Under the pieces are notes generated by a model. That model had not been told where the DNA came from, searched no databases, and was given only the letters and a program-made list of their open reading frames with translations. Made by a program: the position numbers and the translations under genes. From Rhodosorus marinus CCMP1338 (taxonomy: Eukaryota; Plantae; Rhodophyta), in NCBI GenBank assembly GCA_029953675.1, contig JAMWBK010000007.1, positions 248,001 to 312,000 of the forward strand: a stretch of 64,000 nucleotides of DNA, given 5' to 3'. Below are positions 10,385-21,913 of the stretch, piece by piece. The number at the start of each line of letters is the position of its first letter. Within the stretch, counting starts at the first letter, position 1.

Positions 10385-11375
10385 CGATATGCTGTGCTGG
10401 GAAAATTGTTCTTATTATTCCGTGGACAGGACATCCTCAGAATGTTAGAACCAGTAAGCCAGTTCTGTATCTCCAGCTCAACCCTAAAGTATCATATCAA
10501 CAGCGAGGGTCCCTCATCACATCGGTGGAGAATCGGTAAACCGGCGGCATCACCGTTCGATCCATTTTGGCCTGTGAAGGGGAGGACGTGGGTTAGCATC
10601 ACTACACCTCTTGGATGATAAGGAACGCATCAAGATCCAACGAGCAAGTCTCCTACCAAAAACCGCTTTATCACTGCAAAATAAGACAAGAATGCTGAAA
10701 ACTCCAGGCCAAAAAGCACGATGCGTTGCGTGTGGGAACTGATCTTATCACCAAGTCGACAGGATCTAGAAACCTAACGAGCAGCAAGTCAGTTCTATCC
10801 CTTCACCTGGACCTAGAAAAAGTCCATTGCTTCGTCCAACAGAAACCCTCATCGTCAGATCGGGCTAGGAGTACCGCCCATACCAACGCGGACATTGTCC
10901 CATTGATTTTGGGTGGGTGAAAAGGAGTGGGGGAGGGGGGAGGGAGAGGGACAAGTTCGATGTGCTGCGGTGGGGGAAACCCTGTCCACAGATCTTCCTC
11001 AGAAAACCTCTGAAATTCAAGAGCCAGTTCTGTACCTCCAACTCAGCCCAAAATACCATTGCCTCCGACAAGAGAACCGTCCTCGCCACATCGGGGTAGG
11101 AGGTTGGTACATTGCCGACGGGGACATTATCCCATCGATTTCGGGCAGCTAAAGAGGATATGCTCGATGCGCAGAGACGGGGAAACCCTGTTGACAGGTC
11201 TTGCTCAAAAAGCTCTGACAAACAATAAGCCAGTTCTGGCCCTCCAGCTCAGCCCGGAATGCCATGACGTCGGACACCAGTAACCGTCGTTGTCACGAAT
11301 GGGGAGTACGAGAACTAGTGCACCGGCGGGGAGACATTGTCCGATCGATTGTATGGCGGGGTGAAGGGAGGAAGA
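10385..11375 (+). repeat. Four degenerate units of about 200 bp with a coding-like divergence pattern
   Basis: Shared cores at about 10457, 10787, 11021 and 11229 (ccagttctgtacctccaactcagccca-like), and gacatt.tccc.t.gatt at about 10891, 11122 and 11333. Confidence 0.6.
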
Positions 11376-11481
11376 TGGTTGGCATCTGTAACACTCTGAT
11401 TGATAAGAGAGACGTAGGATATTGAAGGTGGTTACTGAGTCAGTGAGTAGGACTCCTGGTTTTGAAATTGGACGGAAAAGG

Positions 11482-12770
11482 ATGAACGCGGAATTGATGT
11501 TTGTCAGTGGAATGTTTCTGGCGTCGAGGAACTCTGGCTTGCTGAGGCTGGGTGGGTGTTCGGCGAGGGTGTCTGGCGGCGTTGGAAGGGCATGGACGGG
11601 ACGATCCCGAGTTCGTATGGCTGCGGAGGTGATTGACGGGAGGCTGATCGCTGGGCAGGTTCGCGAGGAGGTGTCTGTTGAGGTCGCAGAATACACCAAG
11701 CAAACCGGAAAGGCGCCAGGGTTGGCGGTGGTGATCGTAGGCACCAGGAAGGACTCCCAAACGTACGTACGGAACAAGCGCAGGGCTTGCGACAAAGTTG
11801 GCATCGCATCTTTCCTTTTCGAACTCCCCGAAGACGTCTCCCAGGGCGAGCTCGTCAAAGTGGTCGACGACCTCAACAACCGCAACGACGTCCACGGCAT
11901 CCTCATTCAGCTCCCACTACCTGAACACATCCAACCGGAAGAGGTTCTGGACACCATCAGGCTCGAGAAAGACGTAGATGGATTCCATCCCCTTAACATC
12001 GGCAGACTCTGCATGAATGGACGTGAAAAACCACTCTTCATCCCATGCACACCAAAGGTAAACCTACCAAACCATTACATGAACGGTGACGTCCTCGCCG
12101 TCGACTACAACCGCTATGACAGGATGTTTGATCGATCAAAGCTCCAGTCCAATCGGTTCGCAAAGCAACTACCCCCCGCTCGACCTGACTTTGGTTCACA
12201 TGTACCTCCGCAGGGATGCATAGAACTTTTGGATCGGAGCAACGTTCCCATCGAAGGTAAGAACGCTGTAGTTCTAGGACGCAGCAACATTGTTGGAATG
12301 CCCGTATCGATGCTATTGATGCAGCGGAACGCGACGGTCACGGTCTGCCACCGGTTTACGGATGATCTGGAGAACAAGGTGAGGAACGCGGATATTGTGG
12401 TCTCAGCGGTCGGTCGTGCTGGGCTGGTCAAAGGGGACTGGGTCAAGCCCGGAGCGGCTTTGATCGACGTTGGCATCAATGCCGTTGATGACCCTTCGGA
12501 TAAGAGAGGGTATGTATAACCAAAACTGCTCACGAAGAGGACATTCTCCCGCTCCAGGCTGGAGTTTGTTCATGCTCAGGAATGACACACTCTGACAAGT
12601 AGTAGCTTCCCTGGTCTTGATCTAGATATCGACTCGTGGGAGACATCGAATATGAAGCGGCGAAGGAGAGGTCTGGATGGATCACACCTGTTCCGGGCGG
12701 GGTGGGACCGATGACCATCGCCATGTTGCTGCGTAACACTCTTGAAGCAGCCAAGCTGGCGATGGGATAA
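11482..12770 (+). CDS. folD: Bifunctional methylenetetrahydrofolate dehydrogenase/cyclohydrolase, organelle-targeted
   Basis: [60 protein letters not shown]. Introns 12058-12213 and 12510-12625; TAA 12768-12770. Start at 11482 or 11497 (MFVSG transit-like). Confidence 0.95.
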
Positions 12771-13626
12771 GGTACAGAGCGGCTCCCTCAAATGAAGGAT
12801 CGCTGAGCGGAAAACGCGAAAAGAGACGAGAGGGACTCTCTCGGGACCTGTGCACGATCACATCAATGCCGTGTCTCCGTGTCGATAACCAGAAGATGCT
12901 GCCGTAAGTGGTAGGATGCTGTTTTTAATCTGTTCCTCGAGAGGTGCAGAGTGGTTTCCAGTCGAGAAGATGGCCCCATTCCCACCTGCAATGGAGCGCA
13001 TGTCCCTTTGAGACCTGACCCCGAAGTGAGGTCGAAGCAAACGTTGTTTTTTTTTTGCTGTAGTTGGAGCACTGGAGAGATAGCACCCGTCCTCAGGTTG
13101 TTCATAACTGTCGTTCTCTCTTCCCAACTGCGGGTTAGTTGAACGCCGCCCTCTTGTTTTGACGTCCTAAATAAACCCACCCCTTGACTCCAAGCAAAGC
13201 AAAAAGGCCGAGATTCCTGATCCTCAAGAGACGTGTCAACGGCTTGCCGATCTTCAAAACTATTTTACCGTACTCCGGCTATCCTCGAACACAGCCAACC
13301 CGCCTGAGAAATAACAGATATTGTCTATTGAGAGGGCTTAGCTAAACTTCCGCAGGGGGAAGGCGTTGACCCACTCTGCTCTACACGTGGAGTGATGCTT
13401 ATCGAAAGACTGCAGACCTAGTTGAGCATATCATCCATGTACAAGCACGTCGATGTGTTCAGGACAGTTCTCTCTCCAAGTTGTATCGTTGTGAGGAAGC
13501 GCTGACAAGTTGGTGCCGAATCACAAAGCGAGCATTGAGGCAAAAACTGCTCTGTCTGTGCGGCGCCGAATGCGTTTTTCGGTATCTAGGAAACGTGCTG
13601 GTATTTGGCCATGGAGCGGCTGTAGC

Positions 13627-15766
13627 TCAAGATAGGGGCTCGCTTAATATATACTCTGTGAGGATTTCAGATACGTCGTCCGTGAGAAAGGTCTGAGAGT
13701 CGTACACCCTCAGTATGTGTCGAAGTTTGAGCTCCCCGAACTGTCTTTTCAACCTTGGGGACACAACTTTACGATCCAGGCCACCTTGTCCGAGGGCAAT
13801 ATACAGAGGCGAGACAATCTCTGTCACTGAATTCGCAGTCCTCTGAAGATTCTGCTGCATGCCCAGGCTGTCGTTCCTTTGGAAAGCTTCCAATGCCTGT
13901 TATAAAAGAAAGAGTCAAGACGGGCACACGGCTGAGAGACTGCAAGCCAGTGTTGGGGTTGGGAGAAGGCATTCTTACAGCTTTTAGATAGTTAGAAATC
14001 CAATGGATGGCGGAGGAAGCGACGGTGTCCCTTGCGGCCTCTTCTGCAGTGATGCCGAGCTTTGCAGTGAGCGCTACGATCGCATCCACGTCCACGGGAG
14101 CCGTCTTGCTGAACTCGGCAGTTCTGACAGAGTTGAACACCGTGTCCAGGCGCCTGGCGAGGGCCTCGCTCGAAGCTTGTTGTTGAGCCGACTTTGGCGG
14201 AACCCCCAAGAAGTTCGCAATGGATTCAAAACTCTTGTTCGACGGAGCATCTTCACCAGTCGGCACCATCTCGCTCTGGACCGCCAACACCTTCTCCGCG
14301 ATGGGTATCCAGACCCTCTCCGGAAGTTCAAGCGCCGTCCTTAGGGACACGAGATTGTCCTTTGCAGATGGTCTCGTGTACAGATCCGCTGCAATAGCGT
14401 CCTCGGCGACTTCACTAAACGCTCGGGAGTACACCGTTGTTGTATCTGCCGAAACCAGAAGCCGCCTAAGCACGCCAGGGCCGTCCATGGGTACGCTGGA
14501 GGGGCCCTTTGTAAGAATCCGATTTCCAAATCTGATAGCGTAGTCCTCCAGGATGCCGTTCGACTCCATCCCAATCACCCTCGCACATCCGTGGAGGTAC
14601 CTATCGCATGATACGAGGATCGATTTCGAGTCCCCTCCGACGGCCTGAAGAAGGTACATCGCGGTTTTGATCGCCATGTCGAGAATATCGGCACTCTTCT
14701 CGGTGTTCCTCCGTCTTCGGGCGGTAGCGGCCGATTTCATCATATCGCGGATGCCAAGTCCACCTTCGTTGGCAATGATTGTCTCAGTGTCCTGGTCCGA
14801 CAGCATCAACATCTCCGATATACCAGTGAATTGAGCAATTTGAGGAGCGTTATCCACATCCTTGACCACCTCCCTCACCGAGGTGCGATAGGTTCCCAGC
14901 AGAGATTCTCGACTTAAGGTAGGGCCGTCGTTTCCCAGCCCGAGCGCGTTGCAAATACTGGCTTCAGCAGCTCTTATGAGCACCTCTCCGAGCTCCCTCT
15001 GATCCTGCTTCTTTGTGATATCTCCGATCACCACCGTATTGATCACCAACATGTTTACACCCAACTGCGTCATCGCATTTCGATCGAATCTGCCCATTCG
15101 CCCTGCCCCAATGTACTCAGCAAGCTCGGACATCACGTCCTTCACCTCGAAAGCTGTGATCTTCCATCCGCGTCTCTCCAACAGAAGTTTCCTCAGTAAT
15201 TTCTTGTTCACACCATCCCTCGTCCTCGCCACGTCAAGCACCCGCTCTCTGAAAACCCCTGTCCTGAAAACCACGTTTCTGACAGTCTCATCGCTCCCAC
15301 TCGCTTCTAAAATCGCGTTCGCATCGCTTCCTCGATGGTGCTTCATTTCCTCCCTGACTTTCTTAGCCTCGATCCCCACTCTCCTCTCCTCCTCGCTCAG
15401 CATCCGCTTCTCCCACATCTCCAGCTTTACTCGATCTGCCCCAACCGCATCGTACCTAGGCCGTCGCTTCGGTGCCCTTTTACTTAGATATCTCCACGCC
15501 AAACCAGCGCTCAGAATCCCAAATCCCAGCACACCCGCACCACGCGTCGCTGACTCCATCGACCAGTCTCCATCCGGCCTCCCAGCCCGACCGCCGACCT
15601 CCCCGAGCAGCTCCTCAAGGCGTGAGCTCCGAACCATACATTCAATCCTTCCAGTTCCATCCTCCTTCACCATATCCTCCAGCCCACAGACAGCGAAACC
15701 ACCGCGAGATCTTCTGCCGATCCCAGGCCCAACCTCAATCCTAATCCCTTCTATAAACCCTGCCAT
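13627..15766 (-). CDS. Large plastid-targeted membrane-anchored helical protein (possibly Tic110-like; product tentative)
   Basis: ATG 15766 (MAGFIEG), transit-like leader, hydrophobic segment GAGVLGFGILSAGLAWRYL, then about 550 helical residues. Intron 13897-13978 continues in frame to ALEAFQRNDSLG. The 3' end may include further exons. Confidence 0.7.
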
Positions 15767-16164
15767 TTTCTCTTCGTCCCCCCCCACCTTCAATTGCAGA
15801 TCACTCCCTCTGCAAAACTAATCCCAAAGTGCCTTGCGCGCTCAACCCATCAAGACAGCAAACAACACAAATCTACTCCAGGCCCCCAACCATTCTCCCT
15901 CCACCTCTTCGTCTTCCCCATCAACCAGTTCAGTCCGTCTGATTGACTACTTAACCACTCCTCCCTACCCCGCAAGACGCTCTCCAAAGACCAACACCAT
16001 TCCCTCTATGAAACTCCCGCCCTTGATCTTAAATCACTACCACCCCAACGTCCTTAGAGCAATCATTCCAATGCTCGCTCACCCTCCCCGCCCATCTTCC
16101 TCATCGACTCCGGGAGAAATCAGCTGATTGCTCTACCCACTACCTTCTCAACGACTTGACCTCT

Positions 16165-16630
16165 AGAGACAATCAAAGCTTCTCCAATAGTAACGACAAA
16201 TCCGATCTACTAGCCCGCTGAAGACCGACTGGGTGAACTGTGAATGGCACTTAGAATGCAAACCGCATCGGGATGCCCCACCCCTCTCGCTTCCCACCGA
16301 TCGATCCGCACAGATCGTTGCAACGTGTTGTGCAACGGTTACAATGGCTTTGGAGGCTATCAATGCTTCTCCAAAAATAGGGATCAAGTCCGATCTACTA
16401 GCCAGCTGAAGACCGTTTCAACTCAACCTATGCATGCAAACCACGTCGGGATCCCCACCGATCGATGTCCACCGATCGATGCAAAGCTTTGTCAGAATCT
16501 CGTATTTGGTTGGTTGGGAGCTGACTTGGAGACCGTCGAGGTTTCTCCACGAGTTCGGACAAAGTCCAATCTACTAGCCAGCTGAAGACGTCTAGGGAAC
16601 TGAGAAACTCGACCTATGCATGCAAACCTA
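16165..16630. repeat. Three degenerate tandem units of about 180 bp
   Basis: Core tcc(g/a)atctactagcc(c/a)gctgaagac at about 16201, 16389 and 16565, each followed by atgcaaacc. Spacing about 188 and 176 bp. Confidence 0.75.
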
Positions 16631-17557
16631 GTGACAACGTCGTTCCCACTCCCTTCGCTTCCTACCAATCAATGATGCCTCCGCCTTGATCGGCGTTTCT
16701 GGGTTAACGAGATTGTTTAACGAGCTGTCCTTGTTCGACAGAGGTGCAAACTTGGAAGTGAACGATGCATGAGAAGGACGAGAACTTACTAAAGTGACTT
16801 GAGCTAGCTGAGCTAGTGTTGTTCCCTCACAAATCGATGCACCGCGTGGTTAGCAGCTCATTTCGGTTTGGCCTGGTTTTTCCCTGGTCGTGGGATTGCT
16901 AGTGAGCTGTGCTGCTTCGAAACGTAGTTTGGAACTGAAAAAAGTGGATCGGGAGGATGAGAGCCGACTGAAGTTACTCAAGCCAGCCGAACCTAGCGCG
17001 CAACAATTTGCACCCTTCTCCCCAATCGATCCGATCGATGCGATTGCTTACCAGAATTCCGGTTTTGAGTTATTTGTACGTTCACAACTTCCACGTTTTG
17101 CCCTCGGGTGGTCTGGGACGCATCTGATTGCCATCGAGCTCTCAAACTTAGACACAGATGAGCGTGAACTATCCTCACGGGTTCATACTCCTTGCCAGGG
17201 TGAACAATCCATTGAGCAACTCCCCCCGAGATTCCCAGACCAAGATCTGAACTAATCCTACAGCAGAATCCTTGGCAGGGGTTGGTGTCTCGGGAAGGCA
17301 GAGGACATCAAGATCATTAGAACCTTCCTCAACAGAAGCAAGTGATCGTAATCCAGGCTCACACCTCAATCACCTCCTCCCAGTTCACCACCTCACATTT
17401 TCATTCCGACCTGCCTGTCCGCCTCTTCACGAAGAAAAAATACCCCCTACCTTCCCCATAGTACTTTCATATTTCCCCCAATAGTTTTCCATAAATAAGC
17501 CAAAAATTCGTTTTCCGATAACTATCTTACCCCTCTAGTCCTTTGCCCCCCAAAAAG

Positions 17558-18230
17558 TCATGGCTGAGCGGAGCCACCCAGCTCTGAAGAAGTTTGGCGG
17601 GTGGCGTGTAGCATCCGAGATATGTGACCGGCACCCACGATCAGGTCCGACGAACTAGGCGGTGGTAAGTGGAAGAGAGCGATGAATCCAACGGAAGTGA
17701 AAGTGAATCTTTTGTGCTTCTGCAATTTTTTCGCGGCGTAGTCAGCAGCGCTCACACAGGGGAGATCGAAGGGCAGTGCGCCGGCGATGATAGCGTGGGT
17801 TGGAACAGATATTGGAGCAATGGAGCTAGCCGGGTTTTTGCTGATAAAACAAATTCTGTCAGCTGCTTATCTGTGATATTATCCCGTTAAAACTGGTGGG
17901 ACGCACCCAAGAAACCACATCACTTCCCCGCCCGATTTCATCGCTAGAACTCTCTAATGCGGGTTATCACCTTCCAAGACCTTCGCGCCTTACCGCCAGG
18001 TAGCTGGGTTAACCCAGTTAACGGAATCACTACCCAGGGATACTCAGGATTATCCAGTAGGAAACTGAACAAGTCAACAGAAAAGCACCACTTGGGAGAC
18101 GATGGTTTCGAGCAGTTTGTCACCGTAGGTGTGTGTATCTGAATAGGAATCGAGTAGTGTTCGACCAGCCGACGGGAGGGCCAGGGGGGAGGATTGGTAT
18201 TGAAAGTTGTGAGATTGAGCTGAGGGGACA
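17558..18230 (-). CDS. Possible small intron-containing hypothetical gene divergent from DPM2
   Basis: Protein-like open segments (HTYGDKLLETIVSQ; FISKNPASS...ALPFDLPCVSAADYAAKKLQKH...SAQP*), but a consistent exon chain could not be closed. Confidence 0.25.
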
Positions 18231-18321
18231 TGATGTAAACCACTGTAGATCGTATTGGCTTCCCAGGGGGTTCGAGTAGAAGCCTCTGAAGCGATAGAGG
18301 GGAGCGTTGGGAAGTGTAGGG

Positions 18322-18663
18322 ATGGCGACTTCCGCAGATCGAGTTGCTGGATTTGTATTGGTGTTGATTAGCGTGATCGTTTTCCTCTACTGGACGTGCT
18401 GGATCTTTGGGTTGGTAAGTGTTGGGCAGTTCCTACACCTACTTTTTTCTTGCTAGATTGTTGCGCTAAGGGATCCCGCTTTTTCTTCTTTTTTTCCTTC
18501 GCTTTGGAAGCCATTTGTGGGTACGGATTCTGCTTTGGCAAGGTTTTTCCTAGCTCCGTTCTGGGGAGTGTTTATCCCCGCTGGTGTGCTGCTGTGCCTA
18601 TCAAATTTCCTAGGTTTGCTGGTGTGGACTCAGGATAGAGGCAAGTCGAACAAGCAAGAGTGA
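18322..18663 (+). CDS. DPM2: Dolichol-phosphate mannose synthase regulatory subunit 2 (81 aa, 2 exons)
   Basis: Exon 1 18322-18414 MATSADRVAGFVLVLISVIVFLYWTCWIFGL; intron 18415-18510 (gtaagt...ag); exon 2 PFVGTDSALARFFLAPFWGVFIPAGVLL...KSNKQE*. Two TM helices and size match DPM2. Absent from the ORF track. Confidence 0.85.
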
Positions 18664-18994
18664 AAAAGGTTGCGGAGTAAAAAAACCAAGTTTTGAGTCT
18701 TTTTGTTGAAGAGAACCGGAAACTTGGTCCACGTGGTTTTTAAAAATTTTCACTGCAAAAGTTCGGAAAAGTGTGATCTCAGCAAAATTAAATAGGAACG
18801 TTTCGAGTTCCTGCCATAAAGTTCGCGTTGTTTCCCCTCACGAGAGAGGAGAACCCCCCAAAACAGTTAAGAGTTAGGGTAGATGTTAGTTATTCAAGGT
18901 GTGCCCCCCGTTTTCTTCTTCTCGGATGTCAGGTTATAGTCATCGTGGAAATTTTCATTCTCCTCCAGGCTCCGCGGGCGGGGAGGGAGGTCCA

Positions 18995-20083
18995 TCAAAG
19001 CCCAAACAAGGACGTGATGTTTGATCCACGTCCAAACAGCATATCCCCAAAGTCGGCCAGCGGGTCCGTCACCCCGAGCGGCGTTTTTGGTTTGATTGAC
19101 GATCTTCTCATACATGCTTGGCTAGAGTCCCATGTGTCTAGCGACTTGATCTGTTCCGCGGGAAGCTTCTGGGGCACCGGGCTAGGGTCTGGTAGATGTG
19201 CCCTGAAATCTTCCAGGAAGTCAGAATCAGACTCAGCGCTAACAAACGATAAAAGGCTCGACAGGGCTGTGCCCGTGTCCTCCCTACGGACGATCTGGTT
19301 CTGGAGCATGACCGGTTCCTCCTTGTAAATGACCGGTTCCTCCTTGTAAAAGTTCGGTTCTTCGTTGTTGAAACTGTGACAGTCCAGGTCGACCGTGCCG
19401 GTCTGGTCCTCATCCAAAAAGTCCTCCATGTAAAACTCGGATAGTCTCAAGTGGAGCGGAGAGGAGACGTGCGGGAAATCGTCGGACATGTCCAGGACAT
19501 CCATCACGTTTATGTTGGGGACCTCGACCTGCTCAGCGGGCACTGTCGCGGTGACAAGAGGCACACCCTCAACAGCGGCCTCAACCTGGATCTTCTCCAC
19601 GCCATCCTGCCGGAACGCCTCGATCACAGAAACGTTGACTTCTCCCACCTCCATCGTAGATGATGCGAGAGGAATGCCCTCAATGTCACAGTCCACCTGG
19701 ATCTTCTCGACACCATCCTCCTTGAAGGTGTCGACAACGGATAGGTTGAGCTGCCCTGCCTCAACCGTCGCAGCAGCAAGCGCCACACCGTCGTTGGTCA
19801 ATGCCTTGACTTCCACCTTCTCGACTCCATCCTGCTGGAAGCTGTTGACGACAGAGAAGTTCATGACACCTGCCTCATGGTATCGGATGTGGTTCTGGAA
19901 GCTCGACCTCCATTTGAACTTTCGTCCACAGCCAGCGACCAGGCAAGAATAAGGCATCTCCTCGTTGTGAATGCGCATATGCACTTTAAGGTTGTGCTTG
20001 CGCATCAGCTTCTTCCCACAGCCAGGTACGGGACACTCAAACCTCCCGACTTTCCTTACTACAGCTCCTTCATCTATAGCCAT
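18995..20083 (-). CDS. C2H2 zinc-finger protein (2 fingers) with three 37-38-aa internal repeats and an acidic C-terminus
   Basis: FECPVPGCGKKLMRKHNLKVHMRIH-NEEMPY-SCLVAGCGRKFKWRSSFQNHIRYH; intronless 362-aa ORF from ATG. Confidence 0.9.
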   Translation of the reverse strand: MAIDEGAVVRKVGRFECPVPGCGKKLMRKHNLKVHMRIHNEEMPYSCLVAGCGRKFKWRSSFQNHIRYHEAGVMNFSVVNSFQQDGVEKVEVKALTNDGVALAAATVEAGQLNLSVVDTFKEDGVEKIQVDCDIEGIPLASSTMEVGEVNVSVIEAFRQDGVEKIQVEAAVEGVPLVTATVPAEQVEVPNINVMDVLDMSDDFPHVSSPLHLRLSEFYMEDFLDEDQTGTVDLDCHSFNNEEPNFYKEEPVIYKEEPVMLQNQIVRREDTGTALSSLLSFVSAESDSDFLEDFRAHLPDPSPVPQKLPAEQIKSLDTWDSSQACMRRSSIKPKTPLGVTDPLADFGDMLFGRGSNITSLFGL

Positions 20084-21869
20084 CTGGTCTATTCGGCCAC
20101 AGACAGAACAAACAAAAAAAAAAAAAAAAAGTTCCTAAAGAACTTTCTCTGTCCAAAAATATCCAACTCTTCCTAAAGGACTAGCGTCTATGTTTTCCAC
20201 ACCAGCACCCCACTCTGTCTTTAACGCTCATCTTCATTCTCAAGCCAAATTTCATGCTGCACTGCCCCCCTTCCTCACTTCCGTTCCACTCAATCCCTCC
20301 TTCATATACACTTCCACCGACAGTACCCAAATCTCCAAATCCCAAACTTTCTTACGCGATACCCCCAAAAAGCCAATCCAAATTCATCAAATAAACAAAC
20401 ATTACTTAATCAAAATTTTCCGAAACAATTTGATCACCTCGGCTCTGCCAGTGGGCTCTAATCCTGACGGCTATTAAAAATTAATATTTTTTAACCGGAA
20501 AACCGGAGGGTTTCGACCTTTTTTGCCATCTTGGAAAAATGTACTCAGTACTCCATTGGTTGAGAAACGACATATAATAACTATTCATTGGCTATCTCTT
20601 TATTAAAAATGGTATACCATTGGTCAAACATTCGCATCACTGTCATCCTCACCGTCTGCCGTTTTTATAAGTTTTTTTCCAGATTTCGGGCACTGCGGTT
20701 ACCAGCACGATATCCCTTCCCCTTAATGAATCAGATTTCACCCGGCGATGGAATAACCTATTAAAATAATGTTCAAACATTATTGTCCTCGCTCGCTGTG
20801 CGTTTCTGCCCGCGCCCAGAGGGGGGAGGGAGTAAAATAGTATGAACCTTATTTTGTTCATGGGTGTCCGACACAATAGAAGATTATGATTGGTGAGATA
20901 AAGACACTAAGCTTAGTACTATTGGTTAATTGGGATTGTGATTTTTTTGGAATATCGCAGTGTGGTGTATGGACTTTTTTCTATTTTTAAAAGAAATATG
21001 AGAAGCAAAGCTGCTGCTGACTGGGAACCCCTCAAATTCTTGTTTTTTATATGCACATGGCCACCCTCACCGTATCTTGCGTACGGTTCGTGGTGGTGAT
21101 TGGTTAATGAGGAAGAGTAATCAAATATTGTGACGTTTTTATTGGTCAACAGTTTAGCTTGTGAGGAGTAAGCGATATGATTAGTTTATATATTTTTTAA
21201 GATGTGTGTGGCAACGATTTTAGGTTGCGGTGACACCTGCTTTGTTTTTTTTCTTCTTTTTGGGGGAGCCCCATAACTCCTGAGTAAATTCCTTGGAGGG
21301 TTCAAACTAGGTACTGCCCAATGGTCTGCTATGGAAGTATTCTGGAATGATGGTTGGATGAACTGCGTATTTGTGAGATATGATTGGATTAAGAAAGCAA
21401 GATGCTGTAAGGGATTGGCCGTTTATAGTTTGGAGCACAGTTAGGGTCGACAACACCCTAACGGTCAATCGGTAAGAGATGGGGGTGAGGCTTGCCTTGG
21501 CATGAACGGCGGTTGTCAAGCACTGGAGTAATGTTTCTATTATAGTATGCAAATGAGATATGAAACAGCTATCTTTAGCCTAAAAAGAGGAGAGCTCGGT
21601 GGAAACGATCTCGAACAAGAACACCCGATCTTGGGTACAACGTGGTTTGCCAACTAGTTCGACTTTAGGCATGTAATGGGGTCCGGATGCTGCGCGTGTA
21701 TGAGAACTGGGGTCTGGAACTGCAGTGGGCGATAACTAGCCGAGGGCGGCTTGGAACGCACATATCGTTAGATGCTCTTGAGTAAAAATAAAAACTCGTG
21801 CTGACGTGTTCATACTATTCTGGTGGGCGTGCTAGTGAAGATGAGTTATTGAAACAGGCATACTTAGAC

Positions 21870-21913
21870 CGCTTCTCAGGGTAGTTAGCCTCTGAATAAA
21901 CGGATCATCATAT
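21870..21913 (+). mobile_element. Extreme 3' tip of the CRE-like element (copy 3)
   Basis: cgcttctcagggtagttagcctctgaataaacggatcatcat matches the reverse complement of the copy 2 end at 39 of 42 nt. Confidence 0.75.

Noticed and set aside
10385-11375. Hint/Hedgehog-domain resemblance of the repeat units (L.L.P.H...GD)
   Set aside because: Too few matching residues and no N-terminal CF or C-terminal HWY/N motifs.
12058-12213. Stop-free 3n introns (folD 156 nt; YEATS 87 and 114 nt; G6PD 75 nt) as regulated retention
   Set aside because: They interrupt conserved domains and have canonical splice sites; several other 3n introns here do contain stops, and the sample is too small.
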